This document shows positions 1-11,030 of a stretch of 64,000 nt of DNA, piece after piece. The stretch is taken from positions 191,688 through 255,687 of the forward strand of contig VRVR01000018.1 in assembly GCA_009859145.1 (NCBI GenBank). The letters run 5' to 3'. A model generated the notes under the pieces. The model was given only the letters and a program-made list of their open reading frames with translations. It was not told where the DNA came from and made no database searches. Numbering within the stretch: the first letter of the stretch is position 1; the number at the start of each line of letters is the position of its first letter. The translations under genes were made by a program, and so were the position numbers. The DNA comes from Andalucia godoyi And28. Lineage: Eukaryota > Protista > Jakobida.

Positions 1-1
1 C

Positions 2-3000
2 ACCAAGGAAACCCTCCAGTCCTTCCGTGAATTTGCACAGTTTGCAGAGTATGTTTTGAAGGTGTCTCGCGCATTCAATCTGCATCAAACGCCGCGCCAT
101 TCAACTGTCGGATCGGATGTTGATGGCTTTTCCCAGTGTTCACCCAGTTCCCCGGTGCATCGACCAGGGTCTTTATTTCATATGAAACACCGACAGTCAA
201 TCTCAGAAGATAACTCAGAGGGTGCTCCATTGCTCGGTCCGAGATCGTCCCTTTCGAGAGCACCAGCTACGCGACCACGGCTTCCTTTCAACGTGTCGTT
301 TTCTCTGAATTCCGCCACGGTGATGATTTCACCAGCTTCTGAACGCGGGGTTGGCATTGTCAAGTTTGTTTCCATGGATTTTTCTGCTGTTGGCGATACA
401 CCCGAAACTGATTCGAACGACCTGGTCGTGGTTGCCTCCGCCAGCCTCGCAAAATTTTCTGTGATTGTGAGGCCTGCGCAAATTGCGTCTCGTCTTAACT
501 TACTGTTCAAGTCCGCGCTTCAGAATGTGAATCTGCCAGACAACACGTGTCTTGGCATTGACTCGCTGCGGCTGTCTCTCAATATCTCCAAAAACCGAGG
601 TTCTTCGAAACCGTCCGTACAAAATTCATCGCGTACACCAGGGTTTCTTCGACCATCTCGTCAGCGGAGACGTGTCGTATCGGCCAAGGATTCTGAATCA
701 TCGTTTCTCAACTCGGTTGACGATGAGGAAGCACGAATGGAAGAATTCGCAGTAGATGCGGCTCTGGACGAAGGTGATGATTACTTTGCAGAAGCCACGG
801 TGATTGCCAAGACGTATTACGGTGCGCTTTCCACGGCCCACTTTCCTCAACTTGGGCTGATATACGAACATTTGGTTCTTCCGCTGCAAGAACCACTTCG
901 CTTAATCAATAATTTGCGTGACTTGTCTTCCAGATCGGCTGTTGTCGTCCAAAAGACGAATTACAGCCATATTTTTGAGAAGTCTAAGCTCTCCGTTAAC
1001 ATTAGTAGAGCAGTTCTTTGTTTTTGTGACGATGTCCGCACGTCCTCTTCCATTGTAATGCTTGTCGATGATATAGCGTTTACAAAGGAAAATTCTTTTC
1101 TGAGTATCGATCTTGCAGCTCACCGTGGGATGCTTCGCTTCATTCCATCTTTCCGATTCGACGATATGCTGCCCACAATCAAGCCTGGTGTTTCTGATGC
1201 ACCATCAGCAGGGCCGTTTGTTCTTTTCGACCAAATCATGTTCGTTCGGCATTCAGATAAGTTAACTGTGAATGGATATGCCGTTCGCGGGAGACTCTCA
1301 ACTCCGGATGCGTTGCAGTGTGCGCGGACATTGCTTTCTGTGCGGCAAAGCTTCCTCGCTTCGATGGAGAAGGCTTTCGCGTCGGTTCGACAATCCGAAA
1401 GCAACGATTCGACTTCGTCCTCGTTCCAGCTGAGTCTGTCGTGCTCCGGCTGCGACGTGGATTTTGAACTTTATCCTCGTCTGGACTTTAGTCTTCGAAC
1501 GAAATATTTGTTTTTCCAAATCTCTGACCACTGCAATGTCATTGTAGTCGACGATATCTACGGAGATATCAACTCCCAGAATGTTCTTCGCGTGAAGCAT
1601 TATGATCGGAAAATTGTCGACAGCTCGCGTCACACTTTCAACTCGCCGCTTCTGAAGTCCTCGCGCCTTTTCCCTGCCTCTGTTCGCGATTTCTCCAATC
1701 AAGTGTCATATGGGTATGGCTGGTCGCCGGATGAATGGAATCTCAACCATGCTGAAGTCGGCTTAAAGAAAGGCAAGCAAGATGGCGCGTGGGTCGAGAA
1801 TTATGGGAGCCTTTCGAGAATTTGGCGAGATGAAGCAGTTCACTATGACCTTGGTGACGTTCATCAACGAGATGATTCAGACACGAAGCCCTCTGCATTT
1901 CTGAGGATGCACATCGACGCAGTTCCTTCCAGTGGAGAATTGCAGACCACAACTGCATTCATTGAGGATTACTTGTTCGGGATGCGACGAACCGGAAACA
2001 CGCAACCTACCTTTCCGATTGACAAGCATGTATTCTCTGCAATTGACATTAATTTGCGGTATGAACTGTGTTTGGGAGATATGTGCGTTCAGATGGTAGA
2101 TTTTAGCAAGGCTATTTTGTTGGAGATGGATAACATTATTGACGAATTCCACGTCCGATCAGAACATGAAACGCCTGCAGAAGAGACATGGGCCAGCCAT
2201 GGGCATCCGTTCGCGGACACGCCTGTGGAGATTGTTTTCGAGGACTTGAATGTCAGTCTTTTCGATTCACGATTGAATCACATGCTTGCGATTCATCGTG
2301 AATTGTTTGCTCACGAAGCGTTGAAAAGGGAAGAGAGGTTTGCAAAGCTGCACGCTCGCGTTGTGGGTTCTGATTTTACTCCCTCTCAGATTTCAGAGAT
2401 GGAACGGCATTTAATGTACAGAAATGGCGAACTGTATTTGGAAAAGTTGAAGCAGCGCACGGCTGTCTGGCGGTGTGGCGAACCGGATCCGTTGGCTTTG
2501 TTGAAGTGCTCCGTTTTCTCTGTCTCTGCTTTTGGAAAAGCCCATCGTTTCGTCCTAGATGACGCTGCTGTTTTTCTTCGCACTCTTCACCCATCGTCAG
2601 CGGTCCTCTCCGTGAACCATGTGGATGTAGAAGCGGAAATCAATTCCTGGACGATTCCAGATTCGGAAGGAGTTCTGCAGAAGTATGAATCCCACCTCGT
2701 TCACGTCCCCTTATCTATGGTGACGCCGAAGAGTGCCACAACCTCGTCGAAATTTGAGTTCGAAGTGTTTGATCTGAATGACGATGTTCAAGCACAGACG
2801 AGTCTTCCCGACACGTGGACAGCTTCCCAGGGGGGTCGTGAACATATCCGGGCATGCGCTTCCGGCATTTTCCTTGCATATGGCCCCTCCCTTGCAGAAC
2901 ATGCCTGCCACTTGCTTGCGTGTTTTGAGCAGGTCTGCTTCCATCCATTCCGAACGCAACCATGTTTCTCTTTGCTAAGTACTCTGGACCGATACCGCGC

Positions 3001-6000
3001 GCATCCTGAATTCTGTGATCGAGCCGGTTTCGAGAGCGTCGAGTCTTTGCTATCCTTTCGTAAGTTAACAGCATTCGGAAAGCTGCCGTGGTGGAGATAC
3101 ATGCGCTTCCGATTTCAAAATATGGATATTGCGGTTTCTGCTTCCAGTGTGGAATTGATGTTCCTCTGCCAAGGCCGACCATTGAAATTTGATGCTTTTG
3201 CTGTGGAAAATATCCAATCCGAGGCGTTGTTGCTGGACGGAGACTTCTTCGTCTGGTTCATGAAGGAGGCACACGCAGAATATATGTGCGATGAGATGAT
3301 GTTTGCCACTCTCATTGGAAGCGAACTCTGCTCTGTGCCTTTGCACCACAATGCTGTGTTTCTCGATTCGGTTTCTCCCAAGCGGCCGAAGGACAACATT
3401 GTCTGCTCATTCCCCATGGTGAATTTGGAGGTCGGACTGCTGTGGAAGGAGCCTTTGAACGCTCCTTGGCAGCGTTTTTCGCTGGACTACTTTGATTTGA
3501 AAATCAGGGCTCGTTTTGCTCCTCTGCGATATCATGTTGCTGCGGGGTATAAGTCCGATGATCCGCTTCGAGACCTGCTGAGCACGTTCCCACTGTCCAA
3601 TCAATGTCCGTTACTTGCTGCCGATCCTTCCTTCGTCACTGTCATGTTGAAGGTTTACCATTTGTACTACTTATTCTCCAAGGAGAAGGAGCAGAAGGAG
3701 AAAAGGCGCCAAAACATCGACAACATCGCGCTGGCGCCATTGAGCCCGATCAAAAAGTATAGCCGGAAACTCCCCGATTTTTTTGATCTGTTTCGCCTCC
3801 TGGATGTCGACTTTCTGTTTGTGGACCCGGTGCTGACATGGAGATCCGATGCATTCTCGGCACATGAGCTGCACGTGTTCTCATCGTCTGCAAGTCTGTC
3901 CTGCAAAATCCCTGTCCACGAAGATGTCGGCGTTGAGCCCTGGTCCATCATCTGCGTGAAAGCAAAGACCAGTGCTCTTTCCTGCTACATCCAGCCCTTG
4001 CTTCATCTTTCCTCTGAAGCAATGAAGATGTATCGCAACCGCTTCATGTACCTTCATGCAGCAAAGTTCCGGGATCGAGATGCCATCATGTCCAAAATTG
4101 TGAAAGCTACCGAAGCTGAACGGCTAAATCGTCGGAGTCGAAACAGCGTTGTCTTCCAAAACTTGGCGCATTCTGCGTCTTTCCAGGGTGTGTGCGTGTC
4201 ATGGACGCCTGAAACAAGAAATTGCATTCTCGGATATTTTGATCAATTTGATGCATTTGCTTCGGTCTTTGCGGCGTACAGCTCCATTCGGAAGAGAGAA
4301 TCGGAAGCCCCTGTCATCCCATCGTCTTCTGTGTCGATGAAAGACCTTCCATCTCATGGCTCTCCGGAGCCGGACAATTCGGGAGGGAAGTCGGGTTCAA
4401 CCACTTCTTCATCGTCATCCGATGCTGAAGACAGAGTGGATAAAGATTACTTGGATTTCCTTACTTCAGATGCGTTTCAGAACGCCGACGGAGATCGACC
4501 GCGTTCTAAAAACCCTGTCGACAGGCCAGCTGAGAAAACCCCGGAATGTGCGTCTCCCATCCAGAAGGATCCTCGAACATTCTTGACGATCCAGTTGTCG
4601 GATTTGCAATTCACGGTGTTTGCTCCAGATGCAGATGGGTATTTACTGCTACGAGCCTCGTCTGGTCACTTGGAAGCACTGACCCATGCGGATTGTGAAG
4701 AAGTTTGCAAACGCGTCTTGAACGTGACTTTCGAGAAAACCTATGCTTTCACTGGTCTCTCGTTGATTGATGATCTTGTTTTGGATGAACCAATTGTGTT
4801 CCTTCCGTCTTGCCTGTTTTCACTTCGACAGAAAAAGAATCTTACCCCCGAGGAGTATGCGTTGCTCATTTACTTGCAAAGGAGAGCGGGTGCGGTGCAC
4901 AAAGTGATGTCCATTCAACCTTGGAAATGCTGCTACACGTTCTGGGCTGCCCCGGCGGTATCAGAATCTGATTTGAATCTCGATTTCCCTTTGGTCCATC
5001 TGCGTACAACGTCTCTCGAAATGTCCATTATCCGTACCCTCGTATCGAATGTTCTCTTGTCTCGAGCCCCACGATCTCGGTTGCTGTTTGACCAGGTTGA
5101 TACTCTTGTTTTTGCACAATTCCTTGCCGCAGGGCTGCTTGACAGTGATAATGCGGGTGATCGTGCCGATGCGCTTGCTCGAGATCTGCGACCCCTTCGT
5201 CGCAAACTAGCCATTCTTCAGCAGCGAATTCGTGGAATTCATTCCCAAATGTCTTTGCATTTACTCTCTGCCTCTGGAAGGCAGTCAATTTCGCGGAAGA
5301 AATCTTCCGTCATAACCGCTGATGAGCCGGCCCTGTCGACAAAAAGTAAGGGGAGCGCTGTGGACGCACCATCTCTTTCCGCATCTCATCATCTCCATTT
5401 TCACCATCCTTCGACGACAATGTTAAACTCAGACGTGCTTGATAAGCCGGAACTCGGAACCAACGCACTGCGAGATCAGTTGGCTCGTTTTGTGAGGGCC
5501 GAGAACAGACTAAGAGAGCAGATCCGAACCCTCATTATCGCATATTCTCGGAGCCACGGCGTCCATGCAAGCTCTGCACCATCATCTACGGGCAGCACAT
5601 CTGTTCTCTCTCCGCGGATGAATGTAAAAATTCAAAACGCGGAAGGAGAGAGCGTTCCGGGATTCTCGTCACCTGCGGCTTCCAATCCGGCAGTCCCTGT
5701 CGCAGGATCGGTGGTGGACATGTCCATCGATGTCCAGATCAATCGTTTTGTCTGGGAACTTGTCTCCGCAACCGACAGAACTGTCTTTGCATCCTGTGTC
5801 TTGCAGTCTGTCTGGGCAAATTTTCAGTCGTGCGAGAATGACTCTGGCTCATCAGTAATCGAGTGCCTGTACTTGTATCTCCGGAACAAGCGAGAAAACC
5901 CCTACTACGAAACCATTTTGGCACCACTTCTTCGAGAAAACAGCGATCGTCCGTTTCATGAAAGCGATCGCATGCTCAGGATTTTTGCAAAATCCAATGT

Positions 6001-7348
6001 TCCTGTAGGGGGGATTCCAGTGTATGATCATTTTGAGGTGGATGTCTATCCCATGGTCATTCAGCTTACGTTTGAACTGTACAACATGCTGTGGGAGTAT
6101 TTCTTCCCTCCTGATACTGTCCGACAAATGCAGATTGAAAACTTCTACCGCCATGGCTTGAAGAGCTGGAACACAGAACTTGGTGATGAGATTAGTGACG
6201 GCTTTGCGATCATGTCGTTGCTGACGCTACCCTCCCCCTCAGAACATGAGGTCATTCGTGTGGTCACACAGATTCATCCATTGCTGAACACGTCGAAAGT
6301 TCCACAGAATGCGGCGCTGGTTCCTTCAATGGAGAGCTCTGCTCTTTTGAATTCTGCGAACGCGACTGCTGCGGACGAGATGCGTTTGAGAGCAGAAACG
6401 AACATTGCATTTACCTATTTCAAGATTCAGGATATGAGCTTGTTTGTGTCCTTCAAAGGAGAGAAGGAGCGCGACATCAAAGATTTGCGAGATGTGTACT
6501 TGCATTTGCATACTATCGAATACCATGCAGTGACTGGTTCATGGGCTGATGTTGCCGACATGGCGAAGCGAGACATCCTTCGAGACCTCATTCCGCAGAC
6601 TGTTTCTTCGGTCACAAAGAGGAAGCTGAAGGATTTGTTCTCTTTCCGAACATCATCTTCCAAGAAGAAGTCCCGCATTGTCGAATCGACCCCGTTGATT
6701 CTTGACTATGTGTTCGCCGTCGATCATCATGAATGGCAAGCCGATATGTTTATTCAATCTCCTGTGGTCCAGCCAGTCCGCGGCGACTTGAACGATCCGT
6801 TTGAGAAATCGCAATCCGACGCTCGCAACTCCTCCAGGTTCTCCAACGTCTCCGACGGCATTGAGTCTTTCAGGTCCGCTTCCTTCTCCAATGCAATTCA
6901 TATGTATGACCAAATTTGGGGGACTGCTGCAAGCGCGAAGAGGGGAAAGCAGTTTACCGGAACTGCAATGTTTTCGGATGCGGAGAAGGCGGAGCTCTTA
7001 CTTGGCGTCCTGGATTCTGCGAAGGATCGCGAAAAGAAGAAGAAAATGCTTGTTGGCAAATCCGCAACCTCGTCGTCCGCTGATGTTCCATCGGCACTGC
7101 GGACCCCTCCTGCTGTGCACCCTTCAGGTGGAAGTTCCCGTCCAAAATCTCCTTTGCGTGCGCTATCTGTTCACTTTGGTGACGACTCACCGGCTCATCC
7201 CGATGCTTCTGCGCTGGGCCCTGGTGGTCGTGAGAATGCTTCTGAACAGCTGGAAATTAATGATGACCTGTTTGCACAGCTGCAAACACGCAAAGATGTT
7301 GATCACGACGACGACGACGACGACGACGAACATTCCAACTCCCAGTAA
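2..7348 (+). CDS. BLTP2: Bridge-like lipid transfer protein 2 family (KIAA0100/Hobbit/FMP27/SABRE); 5' end lies outside the window
   Basis: The frame is open from position 2. The C-terminal Apt1-like region VYPMVIQLTFELYNMLWEYFFPP ... DEMRLRAETNIAFTYFKIQDMSLFVSFKGEKERDIKDLRDVYLHLHTIEY ... ADMAKRD matches the family pattern. More than 2400 aa. Confidence 0.85.
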   Translation, partial: TKETLQSFREFAQFAEYVLKVSRAFNLHQTPRHSTVGSDVDGFSQCSPSSPVHRPGSLFHMKHRQSISEDNSEGAPLLGPRSSLSRAPATRPRLPFNVSFSLNSATVMISPASERGVGIVKFVSMDFSAVGDTPETDSNDLVVVASASLAKFSVIVRPAQIASRLNLLFKSALQNVNLPDNTCLGIDSLRLSLNISKNRGSSKPSVQNSSRTPGFLRPSRQRRRVVSAKDSESSFLNSVDDEEARMEEFAVDAALDEGDDYFAEATVIAKTYYGALSTAHFPQLGLIYEHLVLPLQEPLRLINNLRDLSSRSAVVVQKTNYSHIFEKSKLSVNISRAVLCFCDDVRTSSSIVMLVDDIAFTKENSFLSIDLAAHRGMLRFIPSFRFDDMLPTIKPGVSDAPSAGPFVLFDQIMFVRHSDKLTVNGYAVRGRLSTPDALQCARTLLSVRQSFLASMEKAFASVRQSESNDSTSSSFQLSLSCSGCDVDFELYPRLDFSLRTKYLFFQISDHCNVIVVDDIYGDINSQNVLRVKHYDRKIVDSSRHTFNSPLLKSSRLFPASVRDFSNQVSYGYGWSPDEWNLNHAEVGLKKGKQDGAWVENYGSLSRIWRDEAVHYDLGDVHQRDDSDTKPSAFLRMHIDAVPSSGELQTTTAFIEDYLFGMRRTGNTQPTFPIDKHVFSAIDINLRYELCLGDMCVQMVDFSKAILLEMDNIIDEFHVRSEHETPAEETWASHGHPFADTPVEIVFEDLNVSLFDSRLNHMLAIHRELFAHEALKREERFAKLHARVVGSDFTPSQISEMERHLMYRNGELYLEKLKQRTAVWRCGEPDPLALLKCSVFSVSAFGKAHRFVLDDAAVFLRTLHPSSAVLSVNHVDVEAEINSWTIPDSEGVLQKYESHLVHVPLSMVTPKSATTSSKFEFEVFDLNDDVQAQTSLPDTWTASQGGREHIRACASGIFLAYGPSLAEHACHLLACFEQVCFHPFRTQPCFSLLSTLDRYRAHPEFCDRAGFESVESLLSFRKLTAFGKLPWWRYMRFRFQNMDIAVSASSVELMFLCQGRPLKFDAFAVENIQSEALLLDGDFFVWFMKEAHAEYMCDEMMFATLIGSELCSVPLHHNAVFLDSVSPKRPKDNIVCSFPMVNLEVGLLWKEPLNAPWQRFSLDYFDLKIRARFAPLRYHVAAGYKSDDPLRDLLSTFPLSNQCPLLAADPSFVTVMLKVYHLYYLFSKEKEQKEKRRQNIDNIALAPLSPIKKYSRKLPDFFDLFRLLDVDFLFVDPVLTWRSDAFSAHELHVFSSSASLSCKIPVHEDVGVEPWSIICVKAKTSALSCYIQPLLHLSSEAMKMYRNRFMYLHAAKFRDRDAIMSKIVKATEAERLNRRSRNSVVFQNLAHSASFQGVCVSWTPETRNCILGYFDQFDAFASVFAAYSSIRKRESEAPVIPSSSVSMKDLPSHGSPEPDNSGGKSGSTTSSSSSDAEDRVDKDYLDFLTSDAFQNADGDRPRSKNPVDRPAEKTPECASPIQKDPRTFLTIQLSDLQFTVFAPDADGYLLLRASSGHLEALTHADCEEVCKRVLNVTFEKTYAFTGLSLIDDLVLDEPIVFLPSCLFSLRQKKNLTPEEYALLIYLQRRAGAVHKVMSIQPWKCCYTFWAAPAVSESDLNLDFPLVHLRTTSLEMSIIRTLVSNVLLSRAPRSRLLFDQVDTLVFAQFLAAGLLDSDNAGDRADALARDLRPLRRKLAILQQRIRGIHSQMSLHLLSASGRQSISRKKSSVITADEPALSTKSKGSAVDAPSLSASHHLHFHHPSTTMLNSDVLDKPELGTNALRDQLARFVRAENRLREQIRTLIIAYSRSHGVHASSAPSSTGSTSVLSPRMNVKIQNAEGESVPGFSSPAASNPAVPVAGSVVDMSIDVQINRFVWELVSATDRTVFASCVLQSVWANFQSCENDSGSSVIECLYLYLRNKRENPYYETILAPLLRENSDRPFHESDRMLRIFAKSNVPVGGIPVYDHFEVDVYPMVIQLTFELYNMLWEYFFPPDTVRQMQIENFYRHGLKSWNTELGDEISDGFAIMSLLTLPSPSEHEVIRVVTQIHPLLNTSKVPQNAALVPSMESSALLNSANATAADEMRLRAETNIAFTYFKIQDMSLFVSFKGEKERDIKDLRDVYLHLHTIEYHAVTGSWADVADMAKRDILRDLIPQTVSSVTKRKLKDLFSFRTSSSKKKSRIVESTPLILDYVFAVDHHEWQADMFIQSPVVQPVRGDLNDPFEKSQSDARNSSRFSNVSDGIESFRSASFSNAIHMYDQIWGTAASAKRGKQFTGTAMFSDAEKAELLLGVLDSAKDREKKKKMLVGKSATSSSADVPSALRTPPAVHPSGGSSRPKSPLRALSVHFGDDSPAHPDASALGPGGRENASEQLEINDDLFAQLQTRKDVDHDDDDDDDEHSNSQ

Positions 7349-7922
7349 AGTGATATCCGACTTGTTCCAATTTCCTGCTGCTTCCGGCTGGGTTCTTCGA
7401 TCTTCACATCGTTTTTCTGAAATGTCTGACACATTCGTCGAAGCGCCTTCCAAGAATAAATGCAGCTGTAGTTCCAGCAAAAACACTTTTTCTTCCCTCG
7501 TACTGGCGGGATGCATTGCAAGGTGCATGTTGTCCTTTTAATTATCGCAGTCCCTTCGGATGACCTCGGTTCGATGTCGCTGCTGCTGAGTATTATTGTG
7601 GCGATTCCTATTGCTGCGTCGTTGGGTGCTGCGTCGTTTCAGCAGGCGATCACAATGTCGCGGTTTCTTCCAACAGTCCGAGGTGCCGCAGTGCCCGATG
7701 CAGATTCCGGTGCTTCGACAGATGTGTTCTTCGCCGAGGTGTTTTCTTCGCGGGCTCTGAGGGTTGCTTCGAATGCTGGCGGCAGTGTTCAGCCCTTGTC
7801 ATCTTCTGCTGAGCTCATACAAGTGCAGTTGCGATAGGAGTCAGATACAAATGAAATGAAACGGAATCCGCGTGCAAAGATAGCAGAAGGAAAAGAAGGA
7901 GAAAAAACAAGGAAATGCAGGT

Positions 7923-10256
7923 TTACACAAACAAATGGACCTTCTTCTCGGAAGTGAGCATTCTTTGGGTCCGATCGGTGCCGCACACTCTCTCCAATCT
8001 CGGAACGTCGTACTTGTTGTATAGAATGATGCTGGAGTGCTCCTGCTCCGATTTCGGATCCAAATTGTTGAGAATCTCCGAGTAGAAATGGCTTATTTCC
8101 GGCAAGGCGTAGAATATGCAATGACGGGCTTTTCGAACAGCTTTGCGGATGAAGAAATACCATCTTTCCGTGACAACCATGCAACGAACATGTCCTTCTC
8201 GGAAGAGCTGACGTGCTCTCTCAGCTTCACTCGGATGCGTATACTCGGAGACAAAGACCGATTGCAACAAGACGCGTTTTTTCATAAAGTTCCGAACTCG
8301 AACAAAATCCAAATATGAGGGAACGAAAATCAAGACGTACTTTTGATTCGAGTGCTCCAAACGCGGGATGACGCTGTCGCAAAAGTATTTGAACCGCGAT
8401 TCTTCAAAAGCTAACATGGCAGGCTGTGAAGCAGCAGCCGACACAGCACGTTCGTCCGGCTCTACACGATAATACAACTGTCGAACGGAGTGCACAACGC
8501 GTCCCAGCTGCGCGTCCGATTCGGGGAAGGACAGCTTCAACCGACAGCAACCCCGCTCATTCATGCACTTTCGAAGAAGCAAGGAGTTATGCTCAGGACT
8601 ATAAAACGCCGAGAGCACAATCGTCTGTCTTCTTCGCAATGAATCATCGTTGAGGTTCCACTCTCTAACACGCGTGACATCCGTCCCGGGATGCATTTCC
8701 CGCGGCTGCTTATTCAAAGAATCAAAGCAAAATTCACAATGCTGCCAATTTTGCATGGACAAGACGTGTGCAAGGTCAATCACTGCAATTTCGACAGAGG
8801 ACAGAAAGTCGAGCGCTCCCACATCAGACGGTTCGGCATCGGAAGCAGTAGCTTTCGCAGACGGATCGAGCATTTTCAGACCAAGAGGAGAAGCAATCAC
8901 GATATCTGAAGAAAACGGATGCGAAAACATCTTCACGTGCTTCTTGGAAAACGAGATTCCCACACGAAAACAATCGTCTGTATTTCCGCGGAAAATATGC
9001 TTGAAATCCGCGGGTTTGGATTTCGAAGATGAAGCGTTCGCTGCGTCGTCTGCGCCGTCGTCCCTTTCGGATTCTGCATTGTCATCTGGTCCAAACTCTG
9101 CGAAAAGTCTTTCGAGATTCTCGACCTTGATTCCATCCATGCTTTGCGACGCCATTTCCATGAACATCTTCGCCCAAATAAAAGCCGTGTGACGAAACGG
9201 AACCAGAAGCAGTATTTTGCATCGAGTGAACCCTTGGTCTCGAATTACACCATCCGGGATGTCGTCAGTCCAGTTCTCCTTGGCCGCTCGTTTCACAATC
9301 GTGTTATTTCGAATGATTTTCGCGCGAGACTCTTGAACGTGACTCATGATATGGGATGCACAAGCACTTCTCAGAGCTGTTTCCATCTCTTGCTCCTCCA
9401 TTGCACAGTAGATGTCCGCGTATGACTTAACCAATGCATCAAACGACGTGGGTCGTTTTGCACTGAGCTTCACTTTGTTTGACAGAGCTGCACTCGCGAA
9501 AACTTGAATTCGTGATATTCCGAGCGATTCGAATGGAGCACCAACTTTGGCATCTTCGCAAATTCTCAGTTCGCCAGGTTTCGCAGGCGCTGTGGAAAAT
9601 GGAAATGCCTCGAAAGACGTGGTGATCTCTTTCAAATGCTCGTGAACATTGTGTAAAACCTCAGGATTTGTCTCTTCATCTGCTTCAAAGGCGGAGTGCC
9701 GAAACATTCCATCCTGGACACGATTTGCCTCATCATCCGTGTGGTCTCCATCCGACTCACCGCCGCCACCTTCTTTCTGCAATCGGCGAGGTTTGACGGC
9801 CACGTCGCCATCTTCCGACAAGCTTGCGTCGTCATCCCCGTCACTATCATCATCATCAGCAGCAGCAGCAGCATCATCATCAGCATCATCATCACATCCG
9901 TCCTCGTCGGAACCATCTCGATTTGAAGAACTGGCAAAACCGATTCCCATCAGCGAACTAAGAAATTTCTGATGGGTCGACGTTTCCGGTTCGCTGTCGG
10001 AATCTGAATTGCTCTTTTCCATTTCCGCATACGAAGCAGACTTTTCATCATAGATGGCATGCCGACTTCGTCGATCATACTCCGTTTCTAGCTCCTGCTT
10101 CTTTATCGGCTGCTTTCCAGCTCGTCGATCTTGCGTTTCTTGGAACTTGCGACGAACTTCTTCTTCCGCAAGACGTTTTCGTTTTGTGTGTTTCCTCTTT
10201 GCATTTTCAGAAGAAAAAGAAGACGACGACGTAGCAGCTCTCTTTCGGCTCTTCAT
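7923..10256 (-). CDS. UTP25: U3 snoRNA-associated protein 25 (DEF/DIEXF)
   Basis: Motifs RDQGFTRCKILLLVPFR, FRGNTDDCFRVGI, SDIVIASPLGL, DFLSSVEIAVID, MQNWQH and FYALPEISHFYSEI. Acidic N-terminus. First plausible ATG at 10256. Confidence 0.92.
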   Translation of the reverse strand: MKSRKRAATSSSSFSSENAKRKHTKRKRLAEEEVRRKFQETQDRRAGKQPIKKQELETEYDRRSRHAIYDEKSASYAEMEKSNSDSDSEPETSTHQKFLSSLMGIGFASSSNRDGSDEDGCDDDADDDAAAAADDDDSDGDDDASLSEDGDVAVKPRRLQKEGGGGESDGDHTDDEANRVQDGMFRHSAFEADEETNPEVLHNVHEHLKEITTSFEAFPFSTAPAKPGELRICEDAKVGAPFESLGISRIQVFASAALSNKVKLSAKRPTSFDALVKSYADIYCAMEEQEMETALRSACASHIMSHVQESRAKIIRNNTIVKRAAKENWTDDIPDGVIRDQGFTRCKILLLVPFRHTAFIWAKMFMEMASQSMDGIKVENLERLFAEFGPDDNAESERDDGADDAANASSSKSKPADFKHIFRGNTDDCFRVGISFSKKHVKMFSHPFSSDIVIASPLGLKMLDPSAKATASDAEPSDVGALDFLSSVEIAVIDLAHVLSMQNWQHCEFCFDSLNKQPREMHPGTDVTRVREWNLNDDSLRRRQTIVLSAFYSPEHNSLLLRKCMNERGCCRLKLSFPESDAQLGRVVHSVRQLYYRVEPDERAVSAAASQPAMLAFEESRFKYFCDSVIPRLEHSNQKYVLIFVPSYLDFVRVRNFMKKRVLLQSVFVSEYTHPSEAERARQLFREGHVRCMVVTERWYFFIRKAVRKARHCIFYALPEISHFYSEILNNLDPKSEQEHSSIILYNKYDVPRLERVCGTDRTQRMLTSEKKVHLFV

Positions 10257-10820
10257 CCTAATCGCATACGTACTCTTTGCTTTTCTTCTTCTTTCTTCAC
10301 GTCCAAACGAGAAAAACTTCAGTTTTTTGTTTTCCAATGTTATTGTGATTATAATTTTTATTATTATTATTTTATTTTATTATTATTTTTTTCGCTCTCT
10401 GGTTCGTCCAGAGTGGATTCCCGACAATTTCCATTAAATTCCCACGAGAATTCCAGATTCCCAGCATCATGCATGAGTCACGACGAATTGTCTGAAACCT
10501 GAGATCTTTGGTTCTCAAGTTTCATGAAAATGAAAAGAAATGCCGCAGCCTTCTTGCTTTGCATGCTTTTCTCACGCTCTTTTCACTTTGTGCTTTGAAC
10601 TTCACGCTCCACACTTTTACAGAGTCTTCCGTTGAAGATTTGTGGACATCTATCGCTCCACCCATTGACTCACTGACTGAGGGACTGACTGTTAATTAAT
10701 TAATTTGAAACAAGCAGTGTCCTTTTTGCATTTTGCTTCCTTCTTCTTCTTCTTTTTGTGCGTCCTTTTTTGACATTGTTTACTGCACTGCGGGGATTCT
10801 GATTCACATCGACGTCGAAT

Positions 10821-10940
10821 ATGCAGCACGACTCGACTTGCGATACAAATACCGACGAATCGAGTATGTTGTCCTTTTCCTTTACCTTTTTCACCCACGC
10901 GCCTGATCCCTGGTTCTCTAATCATGTTGCTTTCCTTGCG

Positions 10941-11030
<90 letters not shown>

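Noticed and set aside
7511-7837. 108-aa ORF with a hydrophobic N-terminus between BLTP2 and UTP25
   Set aside because: No recognisable domain, and it lies where two 3' UTRs converge.
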